A stretch of 64,000 nt of DNA, from positions 18,709,627 through 18,773,626 of the forward strand of contig NC_069001.1 in the NCBI RefSeq assembly GCF_001194135.2, written 5' to 3'. The first letter of the stretch is position 1, and the number at the start of each line of letters is the position of its first letter. Shown in pieces: positions 11,301 through 24,523 of this stretch. Under the pieces are notes generated by a model. The model had not been told where the DNA came from. It saw nothing but the letters and a program-made list of their open reading frames with translations, and made no database searches. A program made the translations under genes and the position numbers. This DNA comes from Octopus bimaculoides. Taxonomy: Eukaryota.

Positions 11301-13135
11301 TAAACAATTGTCTCAGTTGTGCGACTTCATTCAAACTTTTAACCATGCCGACTACATTTTCTCAGAGAACACTAATGGGAGTATCCCACATTTTAAATAA
11401 CGCCATGCATTCTGTACCAAATAGGTTTAGTGATTTTTTTCAGCACATAAATGATTGTCCTTTTCATTTCACCTCAACAAGTTACATTGCAAATACATTC
11501 GTTCCTGTAACACTATATGCTACTTTATTTGATTTAAATAATTTTGGCTTGCCAATTTGTCACCATGTTTCTTCATTTATGATAGTGATGTCACTACCCA
11601 TGTCTAATTGCATTTTGACACTAGTGGTTTCGATTCCCACCTTGATGAATTTTCTGTTTGTTGTACAAATATTTTTCTCTAGTGACAAACTATTTATTTT
11701 TTGTTGTTTAGTCCAATTTTTCATCATCTTAGTTCTGCAGTGTGATTTAATGTGTCCTGTATTCCCACAAGGAAAATACTTCACCTTTTTGAATGGACAC
11801 TCTTTTCTCAGGTGCCCACCACCGCATACCATACATGGGTTTATCTCCTTTGTGTTTTTGTGAAACACTTTATCCGTCTTCCAACTTTTTTGCACTGGTT
11901 TTATCTGTAAACAATCTCTGCATTGGATTTCTTCTGTGTCTTGCCTTACTTTTAATATCCTATTGCACTCTTCTGACAGTTCCTGCAGAGTTATATCCTG
12001 GTTCATTTCCAGCTTTGCAAGAATTTCCATTCTGACTTCCATGTCCTTTTTAGTAGTAAGTCCCTGAGCAAAAATCAAGTACTTGAACAAGTCTGAAGTT
12101 AGTTTATCCCATTTAAATCTCTCACACTCTCTGTTCACTCGATCCACATATGTGGTAAAGTCTTCGTTATCGCTTTTCTCAATGTTCAAACACTTCCAAT
12201 GTGTATTGAACAACAATGTTTTTCATCAAACATCCTACAAAAAATGTCAATTGTGTCTGTAACATTTATGTCAGAAACTTTTAGACAATATAAAGTTACA
12301 GTATTCCTCATGCTCTATCATTGCCAGTTTCCTCTGAATTAGATGCGTTTTCATTTTGTTTGTCCAGTCTTGGCATTCTTTTCCGAAAATTTGTTCAAAT
12401 CTTCAGTAATATGACTTGAAAGTGATTCCTTCTTCCAGATCATATTTAAATTTATTTATTGAATTTGCTACATGGTCTGGCAAAAATGTATTTTCCGGTT
12501 TTGTTATCAATTTCATTAGTTGTAGCATTTGTTGCTGCAACATTTGTTGTTGTTCTTTGGGTTATTGTTGTTGTTGCTGTTTTTGCAACTCAACTATTTC
12601 CCCTAACAAGTTTTCCATAATTTTATGGGTTTTTCGTAAAATATGTACAGCAAAAATGTTTGTTACCCCTTGAGTTTTTTCATTTCTCCATGTGAAGAAT
12701 TTTTCAGCATCGTCCACATGAATTGTTTATTTTCTCGTGAAAAAATTTTTTTTCTTTGCAACACTGTCTGCACGAATCATTTATATCCTCATCGCCACTG
12801 TTAAAATGTGGATCCTCGTCTATTTGTATATTGTTGTCAGCACTGTAATATTCTTGTCACCACTAATATGTTGTGGTGGTATTCTGTGCCTTATTATCTT
12901 TGACTCATCTATTGTGCTATCACTGCCAGCTCTGCAAGACAATGACCTTGAAACATCTACCTTGATAGTAGCTTGAACGTGTATATATCATGTAACTGAC
13001 ACTGACTCCAACTGAGAACTCGTACAATGACTCTACTACTACTAACCCTCTACAATGACTGACTGTTTGACTTTATAGTGGCTAGTTCATACCACTTTGT
13101 CACATGGGAAAGAATGCATTATTTTCACTACAGCA
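8357..13135 (-). mobile_element. Ty3/Gypsy LTR retrotransposon (Mag-like), structurally complete, ORF decayed
   Basis: LTRs 8357-8642 and 12799-13135 (TG...CA); TSD CACAT at 8352-8356 and 13136-13140; PPT adjacent to 8643; PBS TGGCGATGAGGAT adjacent to 12798; order gag CCHC knuckles, protease (LDMGSDIT), RT (YLNDI), RNase H, integrase, with frameshifts and stops. Confidence 0.95.
9785..10075. mobile_element. Hairpin insertion with 11-bp TSD inside the Gypsy pol
   Basis: TAGTAGTATTG at 9774-9784 and 10076-10086; 112-bp near-perfect arms 9842-9953 and 9966-10077. Confidence 0.85.
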
Positions 13136-13369
13136 CACATATATATGTGTGTTTGTATGTATGTATGTGTGTGTATATACACACAAACATTTATACATAT
13201 ATATATTGTGTGTTATGTGTGTATGTCATTCTTTTTTCTCTTCCTCTCCTCCTCCATTTCTCTCTCTCTCTCTCTCAATTGTCTCTTAATCACAAGCTTC
13301 TTCACCCTTCTCCTCACCGGTCCTATCCTTCTTTAATAAATCAATAGATTCTAATTTAGATATAAACCA

Positions 13370-13830
13370 ACACCACCATTGCCACCATCAACAATTTACT
13401 ATTGTCTCACCACCACCATTACATTACCACAGATACTACAGTCACTAACACTAGCACAGCATCAGATCAACTTTAGCTTCATGCCACCACCACCACCACC
13501 ATCCACACCATCACTACCACTAACACCACCACCACCACCACCAAAATACAACCATTTCAGCATAGCACCATCATTAACTTCATCCCTATCATCACATAAT
13601 TTCCACCACAACTACCACACCACACCCACTGCCACATCACCACCAATATTACCATCATCTCCTTCACACTCACAACTGTTTTACCTCTGTCATTACCTCC
13701 ACCATCATAAATCAATTGATAAGACTAAATTGGTTACAAAGTAGAAGCTATTTTCATTCCAAATGATTTTTGGTGGTGGCTGTGGTGATGAGTAGAGATG
13801 GTGGTAGTGGTGTTAAATGGGGAGGTGGCT
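13370..13830. repeat. (CAC/CAT)n-rich low-complexity tract
   Basis: Directly visible composition; explains the Pro/His-rich ORF. Confidence 0.8.
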
Positions 13831-14089
13831 GACCTTTGACCTCCAGTACTCTGTACTTAATTAAAAAGAGTGAAGTTTGCATTAGTAGAGTTAGGGTAAG
13901 TATAGTTGTCCTAGGTCCAAACTGTAAATGAAGCCATGGTATTTAAACATATGTGAGTCCTTATGTATGTATGTCATTGTTCAGTTTTATTTCAAGATTT
14001 CTTGCCAATTGAGAAAGAGCCGGTTTTTAATCTAGATCCAAAGTTCCTTCATTGGAATTTCAACATCAACAACAGGGTATTTTTGCTTG

Positions 14090-14122
<33 letters not shown>

Positions 14123-14209
14123 GAAGATTTGTATGTTTTAAGTATGTATTCTCATGCATATAGTTGCATATCTAGACATGCTCTTATATATTTAAATGAT
14201 AAACTTCTG

Positions 14210-14704
14210 GAAAATTTTACAGATTTTTACAGTTCCAGTGATGGATTGGAGTATGATAGAGCTCCATACCACAGAGTGTGGGCAACACAACCAACAGAGT
14301 CTGGTTGATGAAGATGTTGCCATATTGAAGGATTGGCCAGCTCAGAGCCCTGACTTAAATATCATTGAGTAAATGTGGACAGAGCTAAAAAGAAGAGTTC
14401 ATCAGAAGAATCCATGCAATCTTGAAGAGTTGTGGGAGTTCAACCACAGAGAATGGCATCTCATACCTGTGAAGATGGTGAAGGATTTGTATGCATCTCT
14501 TGCCAGGTGCACTGAAGCAATTATTCAAGCTAAGGGCCACATGAAATATTCAATTATTCAACATAAGAACCACATGAAATATTAACAATGAACAGTAACT
14601 TCTTGTACATTATGTAATAAATTTTCATTATAGACATTTTTCTGTTTTAAAACACTGTATCTTGATTGGTTTATGTAAGGTGGCTGAAAACTTTTGCATG
14701 GCCA
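14210..14704 (+). mobile_element. Tc1 transposase 3' fragment with terminal repeat remnant
   Basis: WPAQSPDLNIIE*MWTELKRRV motif; ends in GCTGAAAACTTTTGCA. Confidence 0.8.
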
Positions 14705-15774
14705 TTTTTGGTGGTTGTCTCACATTTTCCTCTCTTATTCAGAACCCCTACTACAAAATATAATGATTAGGCATGGAAATGACTCCAACAGGGCCAATGT
14801 TTCATCTGTAAAAAATGCAATGTGAAACATCCACTTAAAAGTTGGCAATTATGAAAAAGTGGTAGTTGGCCATGGATACTAGAGAGTAACAGCTTATCTT
14901 GATATGCTTATTTTGGTATGTCTCTTCTAAGCAGATTGTTTCATTTTCAAAAATCTCAGGTTAACTTACTTGTGAAACGTACAATTTCAAAGTATGTATC
15001 TATAGGTGTGCGATAGTATGTGTGTGTATACACACACACAAATAGGCCAATTTTTATCATCATTATTTTAAATTCTATTTTCCCATTCTTGTATGGGTCA
15101 GATGAGCATGCTGGGACAGTTTTCTGTGGCCAGATGACCTTCCTGTTGCCAAATCTTGCTTGTTTCTAAGTAAGGTAATAGTCTCCCTTTCTGTCAACAA
15201 TAAATAGACTGGAAATATGAGGAGAACTGGAAAGAAACAATACTGTTCCACAAAGATTGTTATGTCCAGAAGCACATACATGTTTTTGTGGTGCACTGCA
15301 AGCAAATGGCACTATTAGAGAAGACAGTGTTTACAATCATGTAATGAGCACATGCATACAAGGAAATATGAACTCAGACACACAAAGGAAAGAGAGAGAG
15401 AAAAGGAGAGACAGAGAGGCAGTCTTCTTTCAGTTTTTGTGCTTCACATATAGATCCATAAGCTTTGGTTGACCTGGGCTGTATTAGAAGGCACTTGCCA
15501 AAGGTGCCACGTAGTGGAAATGCCTGAAATAAACTCCGTGTGCATGTGTGTAAAAATAATATAACATGAGGATGGAAGATAGCAGACTTTAACAACATTT
15601 GTTTCTGCATTGCATACCTGATATCATCCATCCTTGCGTTATATTATTCTTATATTAATCTCATGCAAAGAGGACTTCCAAATGTCTATCCCTACTGTAG
15701 GATAACATGAGGTAACCAAATAATGGGATAAGAGCTCTTAAATGCACATTACAAGATTCTTACTCAAATTATAC

Positions 15775-15861
<87 letters not shown>

Positions 15862-15916
15862 CTATATATATATATATATATATCAAACAATAAGCAACAC
15901 GGATTTCAAAAGTGAT

Positions 15917-16005
15917 TGCAGTACGCACGTTTCATGCTACTTCAATTTATTTAAGTAATGTGAGCATTACCTTAAATGCAATATGAAGAGCAATCTTCAG
16001 CTGCA
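15917..16005 (-). ncRNA. Type-I hammerhead with canonical core and long stem II
   Basis: TGCAG-CTGAAGA-T-TGCT-CTTCA...GTAATG-CTCA-CATTAC...TGAAG-T-AGCA-T-GAAAC-GTGC-GTA-CTGCA. Confidence 0.75.
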
Positions 16006-16648
16006 CGAAAAAATGTAGAAAAAAGACATATTACAAATGTGGCAACATATTAAAACCAAGTGGGAGAGAGCAGAGGAAGAATATATAAGTCCATCTTGAC
16101 ATAGCAGGGTCTATCAGGCTAGNNNNNNNNNNNNNNNNNNNNNNNNNNNNNNNNNNNNNNNNNNNNNNNNNNNNNNNNNNNNNNNNNNNNNNNNNNNNNN
16201 NNNNNNNNNNNNNNNNNNNNNNNNNNNNNNNNNNNNNNNNNNNNNNNNNNNNNNNNNNNNNNNNNNNNNNNNNNNNNNNNNNNNNNNNNNNNNNNNNNNN
16301 NNNNNNNNNNNNNNNNNNNNNNNNNNNNNNNNNNNNNNNNNNNNNNNNNNNNNNNNNNNNNNNNNNNNNNNNNNNNNNNNNNNNNNNNNNNNNNNNNNNN
16401 NNNNNNNNNNNNNNNNNNNNNNNNNNNNNNNNNNNNNNNNNNNNNNNNNNNNNNNNNNNNNNNNNNNNNNNNNNNNNNNNNNNNNNNNNNNNNNNNNNNN
16501 NNNNNNNNNNNNNNNNNNNNNNNNNNNNNNNNNNNNATATATATATATATAATGTACTGTTCTGTGATAAAAATAATTCAACAAAAGAAGTATTCCATCT
16601 GGTGAGATATAAATATTATCTATTTAAAGGACACAATACATGTCTTTA

Positions 16649-16703
16649 TATGCTACTAATAGTTTCATATGTTGAGAAAACTCAAACATATTCTTCAGGC
16701 ACA
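16649..16703 (-). ncRNA. Type-I hammerhead with canonical core
   Basis: TGTGC-CTGAAGA-ATATGTTTGAG-TTTT-CTCAACATAT-GAAAC-TATTA-GTA-GCATA; 5-bp stem I, 10-bp stem II with one bulge, GUA cleavage triplet. Confidence 0.8.
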
Positions 16704-16788
16704 AACCACAAATCATAATGAGCTAAAAAAAATTGAATAAGAGAAGAAACATGAAAAGATTGAGAAGGCAGCATACATATATATAGTT

Positions 16789-19700
16789 TAGGGTGTCCAG
16801 TTTTCAGGGTCAGAATTTTTTCTGATTGCCCCATTGTCTTGTGTAGTGCCAGTGGATGAAAAATATGTGGTATACAAAGTGACAGAGCTCTAAAACCATT
16901 TTTGTGACTACACAAACCTCCTGAAGTAGAAAGATAATACAGGTAAAATATAGTGAAGGTATTAAGTGATAATTAAAATCAATTCTGCATTAAAAGGACA
17001 GTTGTTGCTTCTTTCAAAGAATTTTTAATTTTTGCAGTGATAGGACATTGATTTTTGTTTAAAGTGATATATGCAACTAACTGCACAGTAATACGATACT
17101 GACTTTTTAAAATTGATATTCAACTGGTGAAAACAAAATCAAGCAAAGAAATATTTAACATTAGTAAAACACTTTCAGACATTAAAGACAGTCAGCTGCC
17201 TACAAATGAAGAAATTCTGCAATATTTCTATCACATGCAGACAAACACTCCTAAAATGCAAGAAAAACACATTGTCTGTTGTGCTGTCACACATGATCAG
17301 CAACTGAAATGTGATAGTGACTGTTGTTTATTGAATAAGATTGTTTCAATACATAACAAAGCAGGAATATCAACTATCAGAATAGATCGTGTGAAGGAGA
17401 AAGTTTTAGATTTACTACAGATGCACAAAAAGCTGGTGTCTCTGAAAAGTAGAAAAAGTCTAAAAGAGTAGAAGGAACGAGAGAACGTCACTGAAAGGCT
17501 GCTACCTGATCTTTTTGACATAATTCTCAAAAATGTAGAGGACATCATCAAAAAAACAATAAGGAAAGAACTGAGAAAGACAAGTATGAAGATATCATAT
17601 TCATACAAGATCAAAGGGGTCCCAGAAAATGTATGATTAGCAGAAAAGGTTCAAGATACACCAAAGTTGTTGAGAGACAAGAAAAGCAAAAGGAAAAATT
17701 ATTTAACAAAGAAAATCAGCCAAGTACTTCACAAAGCTTGAATTCTATGTCATTATGTGACATTGAAATTTCTCCAGAAGAAACAGATTTTTCAATTCTA
17801 TCCAATACAGAGTCTACAGAGCATGAATCACAGCCATCTTTATCCAAAGCAGATGCTATTGGAAGCACTGCATTACTCTATCAAGTAAAACATGTAAGTG
17901 TGAGAGCACAATCAGAAGTTCTTAGTCAGGTTGCTGATATAGCTGGTATTTCTGGTAAAGGAATGTCAAAATCAAATGTTCACAGAATTGGTAAGAAAGT
18001 TATTCAAGAAACTGTGAAGGCTGCTAGAGATTCAACCAAAAGTAATCAAGGATCATACATGATACTTCACTTTGATGGAAAAATAGTGAAAGAATATACC
18101 AAAGGCAAGAAATTAACAAGGGATTGCATAGTTGTAAGCATATATTGTGAAGGAGAAGACATGATACTGGGAATAACTCCTTGTATCACTTCCATTGGAG
18201 AATGTCAGACTGAAGTCATAATAGATGTTTTGGAATCATAGGGATTAAAGAATAAAATTATAGGATTAGTCTTTGATACAACTTCATCAAACACAGGAAA
18301 GGAAAAAGGAGTGTGTACAAGACTTAATGAATATCTTGAGAGACCTGTATTGCACCTGGCATGCAGGTATCATGTCTATGAATGCTGTATTAAGAATGTA
18401 TCAAAGATTTTCAGATCAAGTTGTGGCCCAGAACATCCATTATTCAAAAAGCTTTTGGAAGAGTTTCCAAATATTGAGTTAGACCAGTTAAAATTTTGCA
18501 AATTTGAATATGAAGAGAACAGCCAGTTTGATAAGCTGCCAAACAATCTCTAGATGTTTGTTCAAGACTTTTGATTGAAGATCAGTTACCTAGAAGAGAT
18601 TACATTGGACTTGCTGGGCTTGTCAAATTTTACCTATTTCCAAATGATCATGAACTGCAGATTAGGCAGCCAGGTCCTGTGAATCATGTATGATTTATGG
18701 GGCAATCAATTTACTTCCTGAAATTGAAAATTCTCAGCCAACTGACAAATATCTAATCAAGTGCAACCATTAAGAAAGAAGTTGATTCAATGTCCAAGTT
18801 CATTGCTCTGTATTACACCAAATGGCTTCTAAGATACTCCCCCACTTCCTGCACTCCACACCTGGACCTGGAAGTCATCTGGAATATGAAGAATTATAAG
18901 GCCTGCAGGCCTGACATTGCTGAGAAATTCTTAACCAGTATGGCACACCACCTCTGGTATCTTCATTCATCTGTGATTCCCTTCAGCCTACTTGATAGTG
19001 GAGTAGCATATGATGAGAAGAGAGAGATTGCTAATAATATTCTGAAACTGCTCTGTAAATGAAGTGTGAAAAGATAAATATTTCCAGAGTCATATCAAGT
19101 GAATTGGATTTCATTGATTCCAGTTCAAGATTGATTTTCGACATTCTCAATTTTGATAAAGAAAAGACTGAATGAATGCTGCTACCCACCCCCAACGTCT
19201 GGAATCTGATGACTTCTCTAAAATGTTTAGCAAATCTGTCGGTAATTTGCCTGTTGTGAATGATGTAGCAGAGAGAAATGGGAAGTTAATGCAGGATTTC
19301 ATTGCTGAGAGCCATAATGAGAATCTGAGACAGGACCTGTTCTAGCAGTAGAGCAAAAGCAGAAGAGTGGACAGCCAAAAGGTGCTAAGACTGAAGCTAA
19401 AAAAAGAACTAAGTTTCTCTAGGATTGTGCTATAAATAGGCCTAATGGGGAACCTTCCACATGAAAAAAAGGGTTACAAGCCTGAACTGTAGCTTCTTGG
19501 GCAATTTGGAATGGCAGTTAAATGTATTTCAAATATTTCAGCAGGCTTTCCCATGCTTAAGTGCTAAGTGAACAATGAACATCTTGTCATAATATTTCCT
19601 GTTAAAAATTAGCTGAATAGGTATGTACTGAGGGTTCTTTTTATAGTGCAACTTGTATTATATACTTTAAAAGTATATTAAAAAATGTAGCTTAGAAGGT

Positions 19701-20056
19701 AGTTGTTGATTTATGATTAAGAAATTTTTGCCAACCATGTTACATTGTACTTATCATACAATCATTAAAAATAAACTATGCACTTGCACCATAATTTTCT
19801 ACCATAATTTAAACCCACATGAGACTTATGAAACAAATATTAAACAGATACCTTTCGATTTGACACAACACAAGCACAATAAAAATGGGCAATTTTGACC
19901 AAAAAGACTCACTTTTTTCAACTTCAGGAGGCTTGTGTTGTCACAAAAATAGCTTTAGAGCCCTCTCACTTTGTATACCTCACTTTTTCATCCACTGGCA
20001 TCACACAAGACAATGGTGCAGTCAAAACATTTTGACCCTGAAAACAGGATACCCTA
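16789..20056 (+). mobile_element. hAT-superfamily (hATm-like) DNA transposon, decayed transposase
   Basis: TIRs of about 140 bp, TAGGGTGTCC...GGATACCCTA; transposase remnants 17127-19420 with LHFDGK, LVFDTTSSNTG, LACRYH (CxxH), HLWYL and VVNDVAER motifs; no clean TSD seen. Confidence 0.8.
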
Positions 20057-20295
20057 ATACATATATATATATATATAATATGTCAGGCTGCTCTTAAGTG
20101 CTACTGGTAACATGTAACCCAGTGTAATCTGTTGCATGGTTGGTCATCATCGACTAAACTGGCAACTCCACTGAGTTTGCTCTTGGCAAGGAGGATGATT
20201 GTTGGATACCCTGTGAGACAAAAAACAAAACCCATCAAAGGGCAAAGGAACTCATGAGTAGTTAATGGTCATCCAACAAAAATGTGTGTACATTT

Positions 20296-20682
20296 TCTTT
20301 TATTCTTTTACTTGTTTCAGTTATTTGACTGTGGCCATGCTGGAGCACTACTTTGAAAGATTTTAGTGAAACAAATCGACTCCAGGACTTATTTTTTAAG
20401 CCTAGTACTTATTCTATTGATATCTTTTGCTGAACTGCTAAGTTACGGGGATGTAAACACACCAACACCGGTTGTCAAGTGGTGATGGGGGTACAAACAC
20501 AGACACACACACACACACACATGACAGGCTTCTTTCAGTTTCTGTCTACCAAATCCACTTACAAGGCTTTGGTCAACCTGAGGCTATAGTAGAAGACACC
20601 TGCCCAAGGTGCCACACAGTAGGACTGAACCCAGAACCATGTGATTGGGAAGCAAGCTTCTTACCACATAGCCATACCTGCA
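20296..20682 (-). mobile_element. Bipartite tRNA-type SINE, family 2
   Basis: tRNA-like head, internal (CA)n and CCAGCATGGCC...TGAAACAAGTAAAAG tail; same family as 36581-36938 and 37635-38027. Confidence 0.85.
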
Positions 20683-20759
20683 CTTGTTTTCATATATCTT
20701 ATTGATATTCTTAAATTTCATACATTTTAACTTTTTTTATGTATTTCTATATATGGGGC

Positions 20760-23700
20760 TCCTTAGCCATGGTGAGAGCAGCCTATCTAGGAGAAGGAAA
20801 ATACTTATATAAAACCAGGTTTGTGGTTGCTGATGGTCTCCTTATCTGGTGTGCACTATCAGAATCTACTTACTCATAGGGCAGTCTGGACTCTAGCTTT
20901 TGAGCAACTAGACTAGAAGAAGGCCACTCTGATTTCAAATCTGTAATTGATTTAGCATCTGACATGTAATACACTGTGCACCAGTACGGGTAAATGCTTT
21001 TGTGATGGACAAGCAATGACCACTATAAACAAAACCATGTGCAGGTGGTTCAGTAAAATAGCATCAGCAAATATCACCATGTTTTGTGCCCCCTCCCTAA
21101 ATTCTATGATGATGAAGGGAACAGGTGAAGGATGTCACTGGAAGTTCTTGGCCTGAATTTCACACATAGGTGGTGAAAGGTAGTTAGCTGCTTTACTTCT
21201 GTGAGTAATTGTGTAATTCATGTTCTCCTTTCACGACAAAGTAGCCCTGTTTAAGATGGCATTGCTTTCCTCCTCGGGAGGAGGGGGTTAAGAAAATGCA
21301 GCCTAAAAATTGTTTACTTGCATTACTCCTTGTTATTAAGTGCAAATGACTGGGCATCCAAACCTGCACCAGAAGATTAAGCAAGTTGGAAAAAAAACCT
21401 TTTCATTCCATCTTGGAATGTGCAAATTCTTCAGGACAGCAAAAAAAAAAAAAAATAGAATATAGGACGCTTTAGTTGCCCGTGTCTTGAAATAAAAAAA
21501 AAACATTGGAACAGCAGCTTTTTCAGAAACCAGACTAGCAAACTGTGATCAGCTACAGGAAGTTGATGGTGGATACACTTTTCTCTGGATGGGTAACCCT
21601 CAGGAAGTAGAGAAAGAGGCAGGGGTTGGGTTTGCTATTTGGAATGACTTAGAGAAATGTTTTAAAATCTTTGCCAGTTGGCATTAGTGAAAGACTCATG
21701 TCATTGCATATCTGCATTGGCAAAAATAATATGCAACTATTTTCAGCTGCTATGCTCGAACCATGAACTCAAATGAAGTAGTCAAAGAGCAGTTCTACTC
21801 TGAGCTACATAGCCAGTTGAAAGTTGATTGCATCCATCATAAACTTCTCTTTGGTAATTTCAGTGCATGTGTAGGTTGTGATACATCCATATGGGGTGGC
21901 ATAATAGGGAAGCTTGGGGTTGGCAAGGCAAACTCAAATGGCCATCCGCTGCTGTCACTTTGCAGTGAGTTTTGATTACCAATATTATTTTCCAACTCCC
22001 CAACCACCACAAAACTACCTGCAAGCATCCCCAATCAAACTATTATCACCTCATTGATTACATAATTGCGAAGTCTTCCATGATGGAAGATGTCCAAGTA
22101 ACACATTCTGTCTCCATTCGGGAGTGTTGGTCTGACCATAGACTGATATGATGAAAGGTGAATTTTACTATCTGCATTCCTTTTCATAACAATCACACTC
22201 AACCAACTCAAAAAGTGGATGTGTCAAAGCTGAGGAACGACGACAATTTAAACTCATTTCAAACAATCTGTGACAACAAACTTACTGGTATCTCAGACAA
22301 CACAGATATTGAATCAGCATGGTTTGCTTTTAAAAATGCTGTATTTAAGTCATCTTGAGAAATACTTGGATATGTTAAGAGGAAGCACCAAGATTGGTTC
22401 AACTCAAATGATCCAAACATCTCTCCTCTATTGGACAATAATGCACAAATGCCGCTGTCAATGGATGTCAAACAAAAATAATGCAACAAAATGCAATGAG
22501 TTTTAAAAGGTCAGAAATACATGCCAATCCCAACTGAGGCAAATGAAATACACATGGTGGTGAAAAAATGCACAAGAGTTGCAGGATGCCACAGACAGAT
22601 GTGACTTCAAGCCATTCTATCAGAATTTAAAGGGTCTTTTTGGACCTGTGTTTGTTGGCTCAACTCCCATACTTTCAATTGAGAGTAATCTTTTCACAGA
22701 CAAAAAGGGGATCATGAAGCATTGGGCAGAGCATTTTTCAAACGTTCTGAATATGGACTCGATTGTTGATGAAGAACTGTCAGTTACTCCATCAAATGCT
22801 GAGATAAAAAAAGGCCATAAAACAGCTCACAAATGGAAAGTCATCTTGGAATCATGGCATATCAGCTGAGATATATAAATGTGGATGCAATCTTCTGCAG
22901 AACAAATTATGTTAACTCTTCTCCTTAATCTGGAAATTAGGATCAGTCCCACAAGAGTTCAAAGAAGCTTCTATTGTCCATCTTTATAAGCACAAAGGCA
23001 ACAAATGTGAATGTGACAACCAGAGAGGTTATCTCCCTTTTATGTGTTGCTGGGAAGATTCTTGGAAGGGTTATCTTAAACAGACTACTTGATGCCCTTG
23101 TCAGCTTAGTGTTGCCTGAATCTCAGCATGGCTTTTGGACTGGTAGAGGTACAGTGAACATGATTTTCAGCCAAAGTCAACTGCAGAAAAAGGCTCATGA
23201 GCACAACCAAGACGTTTTTGTCACCTTTGTAGATCTAACTAAAGCTTTCAACACCATATATAGGGATGCTCTTTGGGTTGTCTTTAGAAAGCTAGGTGTT
23301 CCTAAAAAGATACTCAATGACATTATTTCTTTCCATCAGGGGATGATGGTTTCTGTTAGATCTAGGAGGGAAGTGTCTGATTCATTCACAGTCTCAAATA
23401 GGACAAAACAAGGCTGTGTTCTTGCACCACTCATATTTGCTTTGTATTTCTCCACCATGTTGGAAACAGTATTCAAGGGTGTTAAAGAGAGAGTAAAGTT
23501 TGAGTACATAACTGGTGGTGGCTTGTTCAACCAACAGCACTTCAAAATAAAAACTAAGACTTTGGTGCAAGCAGTTCAAGGTTTGCTCTTTGCAGATGAT
23601 TGTGCACTTGTAGCACACACTCTTGAGGACATGCAATGGATTCTAAACCACTTCTAATGTGCATCGACAGCTTTTGGTTTGACCATCAGCATCAAGAAAA

Positions 23701-24520
23701 CTGACCTGTCCATCAGCCCATTTGTGACCATCCTCCTGCTGTTGCTCCCACTGTATATGTTGATTGGAAAGCCCTAAAAACTGCTTCCTCCTTCACTTAT
23801 CTTGGTTCCATCATATCTAATGATGCTAAGATGGATAAAGAAATTGAGTCCAGAATCAGGAAAGTTAGTTCCACTTTTGGTAAGCTTTATCACAGACTTT
23901 GGAACAGCCACAACGTATCATTGAAGGTGAAAGTCAATGCATATAAGTCGGTGGTTTTGACATCATTGCTTTATGGTGCTGAATCTTGGACCCTGTACTG
24001 AAAGCACATCAACCAGCTTGACGCTTTTCATATGCGATGCTTGCTATCTCCAACATAAGACTGAGTGACCATATTCATAACAGTGAGGTGCAAACAAAAT
24101 GCAGCATATCAGGTATTGAAGCCATCCTCATCGAAATACAGCTTGGACTGTTGGGTCATCTCTCATGTATGAGTTATATCAGAATTCCGAAGCAACTTCT
24201 CTTTGGCCAATTCCCAACAGGAAGGTCTGTTGGAAGGCCACTCTTGCGCTTCAAAGACAAACTAAAAGACACACTGTAGTAATGCAACATTCCCTTTTCT
24301 TCCTGGGAAAACAAAGCATCAGAATGTAGGATCTGGTGCCAGTCATACTTCTCCTCACTTCAAAGATTTGAGCAAAGTCACCTCCAACATCGGGACTAAC
24401 TTTGTGCAAGCATGAAGGCATGCTGGCAAAACACTGCTCCTCTAAATGGAGACTTTACTTGTCATTGTGGTTTTGCGGCATGAAGCAATGCCTATGCCTT
24501 GCCATTTACTCAAGAAAGCA
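20760..24520 (+). mobile_element. RTE (BovB-like) LINE, near full length, decayed
   Basis: APE remnants (SWNV, ETRL, GYTFLW, GVGFAI); RT remnants (FVDLTKAFNTI, QGCVLAPLIF, LLFADD); C-terminal Cys/His remnant; many stops and frameshifts. Confidence 0.9.
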
Positions 24521-24523
24521 CAG

